Notes: generated from the letters alone by a model not told the origin. A stretch of DNA of 50,871 nucleotides from a virus (IMGVR_UViG_3300025502_000029:1-50871); one strand, 5' to 3'; counted from the first letter of the stretch, positions 20,157-29,723 are shown. Made by a program: numbers and translations.

Positions 20157-20535
20157 TATCAATTTCCTTATAGTAGTATACGATATTTTCTGTGCTATTT
20201 TCGTTTTGCCCCCACTGAAGAACATCAAGTCCTTCACGGCGGGAAATCTTAGCATATTTGTTTATAAAATATTGATTGAATTCTTCTTCATTCATAGGCC
20301 ATTGAGTGTAGGGATCAGTTATGTTATTTGAGAACAAGACTAACCAGGTATCATCTACCGATCCGTAATAATAATATGCAATATCTTCTGGCTTTTCACC
20401 TTCTCTAACCGTATATGGCAAAAAGATATAAGGGTCGCGAAGTGTTTCATCAATTACTTTACTGCGTCTAGTAATATCACGTACTGCTTGCCCTTGATAT
20501 TGTATAATGGGATAATTTGAAAAATATTTTGACAT
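20149..20535 (-). CDS. 53: Baseplate wedge gp53, N-terminal LysM-like portion
   Basis: MSKYFSNYPIIQY, YTVREGEKPEDIAYYYYGS..WLVL..NNITDPYTQWP. Confidence 0.85.
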   Translation of the reverse strand: MSKYFSNYPIIQYQGQAVRDITRRSKVIDETLRDPYIFLPYTVREGEKPEDIAYYYYGSVDDTWLVLFSNNITDPYTQWPMNEEEFNQYFINKYAKISRREGLDVLQWGQNENSTENIVYYYKEIDNG

Positions 20536-20566
20536 TTATACCTCTAAATTTTTATCATTATGGCTA

Positions 20567-21490
20567 TTAAGCATCGGTGTTTACGTCAATGCTGGAACCA
20601 CCATAATCTTCTGATGTGTGTATATCAGACTCAATAAGATTCATTTGCATCTGCACCGCAGCTGGACGGCCGCCACGTAACACAGCATTACCGTTAGGAG
20701 TAAAGTTAACTGAGAACGTTTGTATCATAGCAGTTTTAAAATGGAAATAATATCCTGGATCAATACCCACGAAAAAGATGTCAACCATGGCAGGATATTT
20801 AAACATAGCCCTTTGAATTACTGATGTGTTTACATAACTAGGTAACATATTTCTTTTTATTGTATCAGATATAAGTTGAAGATTAACGGACTCTTGAGAA
20901 TTCTTAGGTACCAATGACCAATCAAAGCTATGAGTTTTCATTTCAACTCCATCAAATGAAAGAGCGGCCTTGGGGTTTACTAATGTTCCTGTGCCAGCAT
21001 CTATATTTCTTCCTTGATTAGGAAATGCTTGATCAATACCCTTTCTTGCTAGAAAAGCAAGATCCTTTGATAAATTACCAGTTATTTCTTCCAGATTAGA
21101 ACCTTGTACTGATGGCATATTTCTTAGTGCACCTGTAGTTATTGCACCTGTTATATTGCCTACACTAAGATCATCAATATTTATTCCAGAAATCAAGCTA
21201 GAAATAACATCTCCCGTAGTACCTTGTTCAAATCTTTGTACTCTAACATTAAATGTATCTGCTATATTAGCAGGCAGCGGCAAAAAGATTGTATCAGTCA
21301 CGTTTGATCCTGCGCTATTTATTTGCGAAAATCCTCGTTCTGATGAGGTACGATACTGATATTCCCTGAACATTAACAGCATACCATAATCGTTATCTTC
21401 TATTGGGAATGAAAGATTAGCAGACACCTTTGTTCTTGCCGCTATTGCAATTTCGTCCCTTATTGGCTTAAACCGTATTCTATCTGGCAT
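20567..21490 (-). CDS. 48: Baseplate tail-tube cap gp48-like
   Basis: IFLPLP, NPKAALSFDGVEMKTHSFDWSLVPKNSQES and YPAMVDIFF motifs; start at 21490 or 21499 uncertain. Confidence 0.7.
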   Translation of the reverse strand: MPDRIRFKPIRDEIAIAARTKVSANLSFPIEDNDYGMLLMFREYQYRTSSERGFSQINSAGSNVTDTIFLPLPANIADTFNVRVQRFEQGTTGDVISSLISGINIDDLSVGNITGAITTGALRNMPSVQGSNLEEITGNLSKDLAFLARKGIDQAFPNQGRNIDAGTGTLVNPKAALSFDGVEMKTHSFDWSLVPKNSQESVNLQLISDTIKRNMLPSYVNTSVIQRAMFKYPAMVDIFFVGIDPGYYFHFKTAMIQTFSVNFTPNGNAVLRGGRPAAVQMQMNLIESDIHTSEDYGGSSIDVNTDA

Positions 21491-21507
21491 TTGATCCACT
21501 GTACTGT

Positions 21508-21539
21508 TATAAATAGTTTTATTAGTAATTCTATTTATA
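21508..21539. promoter_or_regulatory. Pair of late promoters for the divergent gp4 and gp48 operons: TATAAATA + at 21508-21515 and - at 21532-21539
   Basis: Two exact consensus copies in the short intergenic region; the transcripts would overlap at their 5' ends. Confidence 0.8.
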
Positions 21540-21553
21540 CAGAAAGATTTGAT

Positions 21554-22018
21554 TTGGCTTACCGAGGAAGATTTAGACCTAAGAATCCTAGTAAATATAA
21601 AGGCGATCCTACGAAAATCATTTACAGATCACTATGGGAATTAAAAGTATTTAGAAAATGTGATGAACATCCTGATATAATAGAATGGCAATCCGAAGAG
21701 ATTGCAATACCGTATTTGAACCCAGTAAAGGGCAAGACTAGTAGATATTTTCCAGATATTGTAATTAAAAAGAGAACTAGCCCGACTACATATGATATGA
21801 TAATGATTGAAATTAAACCTAAAAGTCAGACGAAGCCACCTGACCCATCAACCAGAAATAAAACACCAACTGGAAGGGTTTCTCGAAGATATATAAATGA
21901 GGCCGCTACATACGCAGTAAATGAGGCAAAGTGGAATGCTGCTCAGAGATATTGCCGAGACAGAGGTTGGATTTTTCATATTATGACCGAAGACGAAATA
22001 AAGCCATTGGGGAAATAA
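21554..22018 (+). CDS. 4: Head completion nuclease gp4
   Basis: TTG start giving MAYRGRFRPKNPSKYKGDPTKIIYRSLWE; RYFPD and IEIKP motifs. Confidence 0.9.
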   Translation: MAYRGRFRPKNPSKYKGDPTKIIYRSLWELKVFRKCDEHPDIIEWQSEEIAIPYLNPVKGKTSRYFPDIVIKKRTSPTTYDMIMIEIKPKSQTKPPDPSTRNKTPTGRVSRRYINEAATYAVNEAKWNAAQRYCRDRGWIFHIMTEDEIKPLGK

Positions 22019-22019
22019 A

Positions 22020-22616
22020 ATGCCAGCATCATTATTTGATGATCTATTACTAAAAGGTGTTCGTGCAGGACAGATCCCTGCTCGTACTTCTACTGCTCGT
22101 GAATGGTTCCGCGACAAGGCAAGGGACCTCGGGAAGGTATCTGAAAACACAATAGCTAAAGATGATAAAAGCAGACTTAAAAATAGATTTGCAATAGGCA
22201 AAATGTATTTCTTTATGTATGACCCAAAGCATAAGAAAAGTCTACCATATTATGATACGTTCCCATTGATCTTTCCAGTCGACCGCGCCGAAGGTGGTTT
22301 TTATGGGTTGAATTTGCACTATCTGCCACTGCAACTACGCGCACAATTAATGGACTCGCTATATGATATTACTACAAATAGCAGATATGATGAGAGTACA
22401 AAATTGAAACTTTCATATGGTGTGCTAAAAGGTGCTGAAAAATTTAAATTATTTCAACCTACATTTAAGCGATATCTAAGTAGTAATGTAAGAAGTAGAT
22501 TTATTCAGATTCAACCATCTGAGTGGGACATTGCGCTATTTCTAAATACAGAACAATTCGTTGGTGCTTCTAAGACAAAAGTCTGGGCAGATTCTAAGAA
22601 AATCATAAGAGGATAA
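22020..22616 (+). CDS. 2: DNA end protector protein gp2
   Basis: YDPKHKKSLPYYDTFPL, GLNLHYLP and FKRYL motifs. Confidence 0.9.
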   Translation: MPASLFDDLLLKGVRAGQIPARTSTAREWFRDKARDLGKVSENTIAKDDKSRLKNRFAIGKMYFFMYDPKHKKSLPYYDTFPLIFPVDRAEGGFYGLNLHYLPLQLRAQLMDSLYDITTNSRYDESTKLKLSYGVLKGAEKFKLFQPTFKRYLSSNVRSRFIQIQPSEWDIALFLNTEQFVGASKTKVWADSKKIIRG

Positions 22617-22621
22617 CGGGT

Positions 22622-23344
22622 ATGTTTAATATATCTGAATTCAAGGCAAGAATGGATAGACACGGGGGACCTGGTAGATCAAGCCTTTTTGAAGTTGCGA
22701 TATCAGCAACTAACCGAAGAGGAGAGGTCATCGTACCTGGTGTTATCTCAACAGATGATCTTAGATTTTTCTGCCAAACTGTATCAATGCCAGGCATTAA
22801 CTTGGAGGTAATGTCCTACAAGCCAAGTGGAATTGGGTTTTCGGAATCAATGCCGATGAATTCATCGCCAGACCAATTAAATGCTGTCTTTATGTTGGAT
22901 AGCAATCACCGAGTTATAACATATTTCCATAGATGGATTTCATCTGTAGTTAATATTAGCGGAAACCGTGGCGATAATACCAACGGCCTGGCGCCGAAAC
23001 TTATTGAATATAAGGATGCCTACTCAGCATCAGAACTTACTATACGGCATTATTCTACACATAATCCTTTTCAGTTTTATGAATGTCGGTATGAAGGAGT
23101 TTACCCTACTCAGGTAAGCCCAATTGATCTTAGTTGGGCCTCAAACGACTCGCCGGCAACAACTACAGTCAATTTTTCATACAACCGAATGATATACTCT
23201 GGCTTTTCTGATACAAATTTTGAAACATCAAGCACATTTATAGGAAGACAAAGATCTCAAATAAGAGGCAATACAATAGCCCAAACAATACAATCGTTTA
23301 ACAGCAGTTTAGTAGATGATCTAACCTCTGTACCATTTTCGTAA
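22622..23344 (+). CDS. Tail tube initiator gp54 / tail-tube (gp19) family
   Basis: LFEVAI, FFCQTVSMPG and GVYPTQVSPIDLSW...VNFSY tail-tube fold motifs. Confidence 0.7.
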   Translation: MFNISEFKARMDRHGGPGRSSLFEVAISATNRRGEVIVPGVISTDDLRFFCQTVSMPGINLEVMSYKPSGIGFSESMPMNSSPDQLNAVFMLDSNHRVITYFHRWISSVVNISGNRGDNTNGLAPKLIEYKDAYSASELTIRHYSTHNPFQFYECRYEGVYPTQVSPIDLSWASNDSPATTTVNFSYNRMIYSGFSDTNFETSSTFIGRQRSQIRGNTIAQTIQSFNSSLVDDLTSVPFS

Positions 23345-23362
23345 TAAAGGAGACTACATATA

Positions 23363-24064
23363 ATGGCACTACCTAAAATTGACCTTCCAGTTTACCAATG
23401 TGAACTTCCATCCACTGGCAAAAAGATTAAGTTCGTACCCTTTACCGTAAAGGAAGAAAAAATACTTCTCACCGCGCAGGAATCTGGCGAAACCGAACAG
23501 ATGATGATTTCAATTAAGCAAATTTTAAATAACTGCTTAGTTGAAAACACTATAGATGATCTTTCTGTTTTTGATATTGAATATCTCTTGATCCAACTAA
23601 GATCAAAATCAGTAGACAATGAGATTGAATTCGAAATAAAGGATCCTGAAACTGATGAAACTGTGAAACTTAAATTAGATCTTGGTTTAGTAAAAGTATA
23701 CAGAAATGAAGCGCATACCAATAAAATTAAAATATCAGATCAATATACCTTATTTTTAAAATATCCAACCATCGATCAATTTGGTGAATTACTAGGCAAT
23801 GAGCAACAAACAGCCGAGGATAGTTACACTATAATGATTGCATGTTTAGATAAACTTGCTTCTGAAGAAGAGGTATATAACTTTAAAGATTTTCCTCAAA
23901 CTGAAATTAATGATTTTGTAGAAAGTCTACATGCAGATACCATAAAGAATATTAAAAAATTCTTTGATACTATGCCTAAAGTAAGACACGAAATCGCATA
24001 TAAAAACTCAAAAGGTGTGAATAAGATTTTTGTAATGGAAGGAACGCAAACTTTTTTTATCTAA
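23363..24064 (+). CDS. 26: Baseplate hub assembly protein gp26-like
   Basis: MALPKIDLPVY..ELPSTGKKIKFVPFTVKEEKILL, FDIEYLLIQLRSKSV, LKYPT, FFDTMPK. Confidence 0.85.
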   Translation: MALPKIDLPVYQCELPSTGKKIKFVPFTVKEEKILLTAQESGETEQMMISIKQILNNCLVENTIDDLSVFDIEYLLIQLRSKSVDNEIEFEIKDPETDETVKLKLDLGLVKVYRNEAHTNKIKISDQYTLFLKYPTIDQFGELLGNEQQTAEDSYTIMIACLDKLASEEEVYNFKDFPQTEINDFVESLHADTIKNIKKFFDTMPKVRHEIAYKNSKGVNKIFVMEGTQTFFI

Positions 24065-24240
24065 TGTTGAGTCATACTAATTTGTCATTGTATTATCAGA
24101 AGATTTTTGCCATGGCTCAACATCATAAATATAGTATTACAGAATTAGAACAAATGATCCCATATGAAAGAGACATTTATTTTGCGTTGTTGGTTGACTT
24201 CATAGAAAAACAAAGAGAAGAACAAAGGAATAAGCAATAA
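24064..24240 (+). CDS. 51: Baseplate hub assembly catalyst gp51-like (58 aa)
   Basis: MLSHTNLSLYYQKIFAMAQHHKYSITELEQMIPYERDIYFALL; TAATG overlaps at both ends; missing from ORF track. Confidence 0.85.
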   Translation: MLSHTNLSLYYQKIFAMAQHHKYSITELEQMIPYERDIYFALLVDFIEKQREEQRNKQ

Positions 24241-26066
24241 TGGCCGAACCGACATTGAAAGACGTAATAGAACGGCTAAAAACCGAAGGTCAGCTCGTAC
24301 GTAATACTGGTACTAATTCAATTAAAGCAGCAAAAGATATTTTAGTTGATATATCAGCATCATTATTTGACCAAACAAATATACTACGAGAGATGTTGGA
24401 TCTCAATAAGCTTGTGTATGAAGAAGCCGAGCAAAGAAGAAGACTTGGGGTAGCAAATAGAAGCGATATACTACCAAGCCCAGCACCTGCTGCAGCAAGC
24501 GACTCACCCGCACCTGCGGCAACACCTGGTCTTGGCTTTGATAGTTTGCTTGGCAATCTTTCAAAATTAGGTCTAATATTAGGTGGTCTTGCAGTAGGTA
24601 TCGGTGCCACAATTGGTGTAGTTAGCGGACAATTAAAAGCAATACAAGCATTTTTCCCAAAAACATCTGCTGCAATAATAAAATTATTTGATGATCTAAG
24701 AATATCAATTGCATCTCTTTTCACTAGATTTAGATCATCAATTTCTAATCTTTTTACAAGAACTATTAAGATATTTGATGATTCACTTGCGTTTATTAGA
24801 GGTATTTTTGCAGTCGACTCAGATTCTAGAATAGCAAAGATACTAACCTCAATAAAAGGCTATATCAGCAGTATCATAAGGCCGTTTATAGTCGCGGCCG
24901 ATGTTTTAAAAGATATAGTAAAGACCGTTACGCCTCTATCTGGTGTATTTTCTTCTATTCGTTCATTATTTTCAACATTCGGAAGTAGCATTGCAGGAGT
25001 TGCAGGTACAGTGGGTAAGTTATTTGCGCCTATTGCGATTATAATAACAGTATTTGATACAATTAGAGAAGGTCTGAAAGGATATGCTGAGGGGGGTATT
25101 TTAGGCGGCCTAGAAGGTGCGCTTCGCGGCTTTCTTAATTCATTGATTGGTGCTCCACTGGATCTCTTAAAGAATATTATATCATGGGCCACGCGCAAAT
25201 TAGGCTTTGAAAATTTTTCAACTATATTGGATAGTTTTAGTTTTGGGGAGCTGTTTACTAATATGGCGGCGTCACTCTTTGACGGTATTGCAAAGGCTTT
25301 TAGTGTGATAGGCGACCTATTCTCATTCGGTGAAGATGACTTCACTGCCCTGGGTATGTTAGGAAAATTGACGGATTTGGTTTTTGCACCTGTAAATATG
25401 GCAATAAATTTTGTAAGAGGTATATTCGGATTTGATGACTCTGAAGAGCCATTTAAATTACAGGACTGGATAAATGAAAAGGTAACTGAAATATTCGATT
25501 GGGTAAAAAACCTGTTTTCATTTTTACCTTCAGTTGAGGATATTAAAGCAACACTACTTTCATATCTACCAGAATGGATGAAGCCAGATTCAGTTAATCA
25601 ACAGAGACAGGAAATTGCACAGGAAATAAATCAGCAGCGCCAAATGATTGCCGAAGGCGATGAGCGTAATTGGCGAGGCAAAAAAAGGGAAGCAATTATA
25701 CAGGAACTAGAGGAAGACCTTTCATCGCTGCCTCAGTATAATAAGGGTAGCCAAGGGTTTGTAGATTTTGGTATGGGAACACCTGCTGTTCTGCATGGCA
25801 TAGAAGCTATAGTACCCAAAAATACACCTGCTGGTGCTTTTTTGTCTACTAATTTTGATGAAAATTTTAAACCAATTACACAGCGAATTGAAACCGTGCA
25901 ATCATCTGCAATATCTAATACATCAGCACCTATTATTATTGCATCAGCACCTACCATAGCCCCGGTCAATAATAATGTTAGGGGAAATACCAACTATAGC
26001 AGCCAGAGAATAACATCTGTTGGCAATGGTCCGGGAAGCTCTGGACTTGGTAGATTTGCAAATTAA
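24240..26066 (+). CDS. Tail length determinant / tape-measure-like protein (gp29-like)
   Basis: 608 aa of amphipathic Gly/Ala/Phe-rich helices; directly after gp26/gp51. Confidence 0.6.
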   Translation: MAEPTLKDVIERLKTEGQLVRNTGTNSIKAAKDILVDISASLFDQTNILREMLDLNKLVYEEAEQRRRLGVANRSDILPSPAPAAASDSPAPAATPGLGFDSLLGNLSKLGLILGGLAVGIGATIGVVSGQLKAIQAFFPKTSAAIIKLFDDLRISIASLFTRFRSSISNLFTRTIKIFDDSLAFIRGIFAVDSDSRIAKILTSIKGYISSIIRPFIVAADVLKDIVKTVTPLSGVFSSIRSLFSTFGSSIAGVAGTVGKLFAPIAIIITVFDTIREGLKGYAEGGILGGLEGALRGFLNSLIGAPLDLLKNIISWATRKLGFENFSTILDSFSFGELFTNMAASLFDGIAKAFSVIGDLFSFGEDDFTALGMLGKLTDLVFAPVNMAINFVRGIFGFDDSEEPFKLQDWINEKVTEIFDWVKNLFSFLPSVEDIKATLLSYLPEWMKPDSVNQQRQEIAQEINQQRQMIAEGDERNWRGKKREAIIQELEEDLSSLPQYNKGSQGFVDFGMGTPAVLHGIEAIVPKNTPAGAFLSTNFDENFKPITQRIETVQSSAISNTSAPIIIASAPTIAPVNNNVRGNTNYSSQRITSVGNGPGSSGLGRFAN

Positions 26067-26093
26067 AAAGGGGAGCATATATGCTCCCCTTTT
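26066..26093. terminator. Bidirectional intrinsic terminator
   Basis: Palindrome AAAAGGGGAGCAT-AT-ATGCTCCCCTTTT between two convergent genes. Confidence 0.9.
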
Positions 26094-26094
26094 C

Positions 26095-26532
26095 TTATTC
26101 TGTGAGAAACTTCTTATCGGCTAGCTTTGTGATAGGAATTTTTTGGGGCTTCTTTTCATCTGGGATATTGTCGACTAACTTAACAATCAACATGCCTTTA
26201 TCAAGTGACACAGATTCAACTTCTATTGCATCAGATAGCGTGAACTTTCTTTCAAAAGCTCGTTCAGCAATACCTTTGTGAATGAAATTGATACTCGGAC
26301 CTGCATCCTGTACCGAACCTTTGATTGTAAGTATGCTATTATGCAATTCAATATCAATCTGATCTTCATCAAAACCAGCCACCGCTATCTGGATTGTATA
26401 ATGGCCTCTAGCTGCCTTTATAATGTTATACGGGGGATATTTTTGTGATATTGGCATTTGCTCATTTGCGCGGCCAAGTAATTTATCAAACCCAATGAAA
26501 AATGGGTCAAGTTCTGTCTTTAGATATGTCAT
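26095..26532 (-). CDS. hsp20: Small heat shock protein Hsp20 (IbpA-like)
   Basis: DPFFIGFD, YPPYNI, IAVAGF, HKGIAERAFERKFTL; ATG at 26532 has an AAGGAG RBS. Confidence 0.93.
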   Translation of the reverse strand: MTYLKTELDPFFIGFDKLLGRANEQMPISQKYPPYNIIKAARGHYTIQIAVAGFDEDQIDIELHNSILTIKGSVQDAGPSINFIHKGIAERAFERKFTLSDAIEVESVSLDKGMLIVKLVDNIPDEKKPQKIPITKLADKKFLTE

Positions 26533-26632
26533 CAGTTTTCTCCTTATTAAGCGAGTTTTGTTAGTATGGGCCGTCATATAACCAGCCCGTGATAAAGCAG
26601 GAACCCCTAAGGCATTCCTGCAATTATTTATA
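26530..26632 (-). promoter_or_regulatory. Late promoter (26625-26632) plus structured ROSE-like 5' UTR of hsp20
   Basis: TATAAATA followed by three hairpins; the last is CUCGCUUAAUAAGGAG, pairing UCGCU with the SD. Confidence 0.65.
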
Positions 26633-26637
26633 TCAGT

Positions 26638-26883
26638 TTAGTCTTTTTTGTTGATAAAACCGTAAAGTTCTTGTGCTTTATCCATGATCTCTTTTGGAGA
26701 GTACATCGCAGGCTTTACTGCTTGGGTTTGCTTGATAAGTTCCTCAGCAGATTTGCCCCAGTTCTCAGCCATGCTATTGATAGTACTCCAATAAGCATTC
26801 GATGTCTCATTGTATTGCTGATCCATCATTTCCTTGGCCATTTTTAGAACTTCAAGGCGTATTTCATATGCATTCTTATTCAT
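26638..26883 (-). CDS. Hypothetical phage protein
   Basis: MNKNAYEIRLEVLKMAKEM...EIMDKAQELYGFI; overlaps the end of the upstream ORF. Confidence 0.75.
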   Translation of the reverse strand: MNKNAYEIRLEVLKMAKEMMDQQYNETSNAYWSTINSMAENWGKSAEELIKQTQAVKPAMYSPKEIMDKAQELYGFINKKD

Positions 26884-27076
26884 TTGTATCACCCTTCATT
26901 TTCATACCAAGCTGTTCTACTTTCTGGTCCATTTCCTTAAGCTGTGCTTTGAAGAAATTACCAGTGTATTCGTTTAGTGCTGCTGAATAGGTATTCCAGC
27001 CAGTTACCTTTAGATCAATAAAGGCATCTGTAAATTTTTTGTTGTGCTTCATAAGCTGATCAAAATTGTAGATCAT
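26876..27076 (-). CDS. Hypothetical helical protein (66 aa)
   Basis: Strong AAAGGAG RBS; same orientation as neighbours. Confidence 0.7.
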   Translation of the reverse strand: MIYNFDQLMKHNKKFTDAFIDLKVTGWNTYSAALNEYTGNFFKAQLKEMDQKVEQLGMKMKGDTNE

Positions 27077-27136
27077 TATAGTCTCCTTTGTGTGTATTTG
27101 TGTTGCGGATGAGAAGGCACCGGCGACCTATTCTAT

Positions 27137-27649
27137 TTATGCGACTCCGGTTGAGCCCATGCCGCCATCACGATCAGTCTTTTGCTTTGGCTTTGTCTTG
27201 CTTTCGGATAAGGTATATGTCACAGTCTTTTCCAAAATACCTTGTGCGATTCGATCGCCATGATATAGATTGATAGGAGTATCACCCATGTTATATAACA
27301 TAATATATGTAGGGTCGATATAATCTGAATCGATGATTGCAACATTATTTGCAAGGGCCAGCCCAAACTTTAGAGCCATACTCGAGCGTATATATAGTTT
27401 CAATACATGCTTAGACGGTATATCAAAAATTAGCCCAGTAGGTACTAGTGTTCTGAATTGTGGCTGAATCTGAAATGTCATCTTTCCATTGGATGCCATA
27501 CGAACAGGTAGATTCATTTCTTTATTATGTGGATTAAATGCCTTAATTAGGCTACCTTCGGTTAGACACGCACGAAGATCAAACGCGGCTGATCCTTCAG
27601 TTGCAAATGCAGGCAATTCAGCTGCGGGATTATCAATGTAAACTTTCAT
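27137..27649 (-). CDS. dut: dUTPase (trimeric)
   Basis: GSAAFDL, RSS, IIDSDY, GDRIAQ and RDGGMGSTG motifs. Confidence 0.95.
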   Translation of the reverse strand: MKVYIDNPAAELPAFATEGSAAFDLRACLTEGSLIKAFNPHNKEMNLPVRMASNGKMTFQIQPQFRTLVPTGLIFDIPSKHVLKLYIRSSMALKFGLALANNVAIIDSDYIDPTYIMLYNMGDTPINLYHGDRIAQGILEKTVTYTLSESKTKPKQKTDRDGGMGSTGVA

Positions 27650-27662
27650 AGTGTAGTTCCTT

Positions 27663-28079
27663 TCAACGTTTCTTTCCGATATTATATTTTGACTCTAAAG
27701 ACCATTCGGCTTTTTCTTTATGAGATAGTATCTTGATTTGGCTTAATGGGGCAATAGGATCTTCAATCCGTGAGGAATCCAGAACCTCTAGTAACTTCCA
27801 TTCTTCTAATAGATTCACAATTGTATTGCGGCGAGCAATATCATCGTCGGTAAGATTATTTTCCTTACCATCTAGGATGAACAATTCCTTAAAATGCAAA
27901 ATTGAATATCTGCCCTGTTTGTGCAGAATATGACAGGACTGATATAGCTTTTTGTCTTTTTTGGATGCTATACCCACACGAGTTAATGTTTCTTTTATTT
28001 TTAGAAAATTATCAGGGGACGGCAATATAATCTCTACACCTACCCCTCTGAATATATCTTGGCCCATTGTATTGATCAC
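27663..28079 (-). CDS. regA: Translational repressor RegA
   Basis: FLKIKETLTRVGIAS...LYQSCHILHKQGRY.ILHFKELF. Confidence 0.96.
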   Translation of the reverse strand: MINTMGQDIFRGVGVEIILPSPDNFLKIKETLTRVGIASKKDKKLYQSCHILHKQGRYSILHFKELFILDGKENNLTDDDIARRNTIVNLLEEWKLLEVLDSSRIEDPIAPLSQIKILSHKEKAEWSLESKYNIGKKR

Positions 28080-28100
28080 CTTTATTTTTATTGTTATAGA

Positions 28101-28598
28101 TCACTTATTTGTTCCACCTTTGGATACCTTGTTATTTATAACTATAAGTTCTTCGGGCGGCAGAACCTTGATATATTGCTTAGCGATCAACCTATTGCAC
28201 TGATAATATTCTTGAATTGCATCGAGATCACTATCCTTTTCCAATTTGTGCCATTTTGACCTGCGGTCGCGAGCTCTAAGTGAGCCTAGGTAATAATGAT
28301 ATTGAGCACCTTTAAACAAGTGATGCCGCATATTCATTTCGTTTGCATGTAGAACAGTATCACTATGTAAAGCAAAGCCTCTATTTACAATATATGGGTT
28401 GTATTGTTTTTCGATTACATCAGGCTGATCATCTGATAAAATTAGGTTTTTCTTATTCTGTGATACGCTATTAATAAAGTCAAAAGGTGTGTACTTAGTA
28501 GTAATTCCAACCTCTTCATCGAATTTATCACGTTCAGCCTGTTTAATCTTTGCTTCTTCGATTGCTGCTAGCATATCATATTCGTCGTGGTTCATCAT
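28101..28598 (-). CDS. 62: Clamp loader small subunit gp62
   Basis: PFDFINS, YNPYIVNRGF..H.DTVLHANEMN; lies between gp44 and regA. Confidence 0.88.
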   Translation of the reverse strand: MMNHDEYDMLAAIEEAKIKQAERDKFDEEVGITTKYTPFDFINSVSQNKKNLILSDDQPDVIEKQYNPYIVNRGFALHSDTVLHANEMNMRHHLFKGAQYHYYLGSLRARDRRSKWHKLEKDSDLDAIQEYYQCNRLIAKQYIKVLPPEELIVINNKVSKGGTNK

Positions 28599-28770
28599 AT
28601 ACTTCCTCTACATTATCTGCCAATTGATTTAGATCCTTGGAACAATCCTCGCAAAGCTGCACATTACCCATTCCATCCGCAGCAGTGTACTGCAAGGTAA
28701 ATGCCTTCTTTCCATCGACCTTTGTTTTGCAATAAAAACACTTTACAAATACTCGCCGAAAGATACTCAT
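28576..28770 (-). CDS. Small putative zinc-binding protein
   Basis: CFYC...CEDC; overlaps both gp44 and gp62. Confidence 0.6.
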   Translation of the reverse strand: MSIFRRVFVKCFYCKTKVDGKKAFTLQYTAADGMGNVQLCEDCSKDLNQLADNVEEVYDEPRRI

Positions 28771-29723
28771 TTAAAACTACATTCAACCATAATGCTTGTA
28801 AGGAATGCCATAAGATTAATCTCTGGATCAGCAACAAAAGCATGCTTATATTGATAATCTGCAAGCTCTACCACAAAGCCAGGCATACTTTTTAATTCGA
28901 TGCGATCTAGTGACTCATCATAGAATTTACGAAATAGCTCGGTTGCATCCTGGTCACTGTTATCGGCAACCCACTTACGCATTTCAGTAAACTTTTTTGC
29001 CTTTAGGAACCCAAATAATTCATCTAGGGATTCAGTTTTCTTTGCTGAGAGAATACCCTCATCAATAGTACCAATGGCAGCATATTTCTGAAGTTCGTTT
29101 AGCACACGCCGAAAATCTGGAAAATACTTTTCGATGATCTTGGCAACTACCTGTGGATCAGCCTCAATGTTTTCATTTTTCAGTATGGTCATAACACGCT
29201 TAAAAAACTGTGCTGCAAGTTTAGGGCGTTCTGATTTTTCAACCGCAAAATCTACTACAGAGAAACGTGACCCGCGAAGAGGTTCAATGATTCTGTTTTT
29301 AAAGTTGCAGGTAAAGATGAAACCGCAATTTTTGCTATAGTCTTCAATGAAACCACGAAGCGCAGTTTGAGTATTAATAGTAAGATAATCTGCCTCATCA
29401 ATAATAACATATTTGCGCCCGCCGCTGAATGAAACGGCAGACGCAAAGTTAGAAATTTCAACCCTAAGAGTATCAATACCGCCGCTTAATGAGCCGTTAA
29501 TCTTTATGTAATCACAGCCAAGTTGATCTAGCATTGCAATAGCGGCAGTAGTTTTACCAGTTCCAGGTGAGCCGGCAAGCAACAAATTAGGTACATTCTT
29601 ATCGTCGACAAATTTCTGGAAGATATTCTTAGTCTTTTCGGGAAGGATAGTATCGGCGACTACCTGTGGGCGGTAGCGTTGAGCCCACAGGTATTCGTCT
29701 TCTTTCATTTTCATAGCAGTCAT
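28767..29723 (-). CDS. 44: Clamp loader large subunit gp44
   Basis: LWAQRYRP, GSPGTGKTT, IIDEAD, FPDFRR. Confidence 0.96.
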   Translation of the reverse strand: MTAMKMKEDEYLWAQRYRPQVVADTILPEKTKNIFQKFVDDKNVPNLLLAGSPGTGKTTAAIAMLDQLGCDYIKINGSLSGGIDTLRVEISNFASAVSFSGGRKYVIIDEADYLTINTQTALRGFIEDYSKNCGFIFTCNFKNRIIEPLRGSRFSVVDFAVEKSERPKLAAQFFKRVMTILKNENIEADPQVVAKIIEKYFPDFRRVLNELQKYAAIGTIDEGILSAKKTESLDELFGFLKAKKFTEMRKWVADNSDQDATELFRKFYDESLDRIELKSMPGFVVELADYQYKHAFVADPEINLMAFLTSIMVECSFK

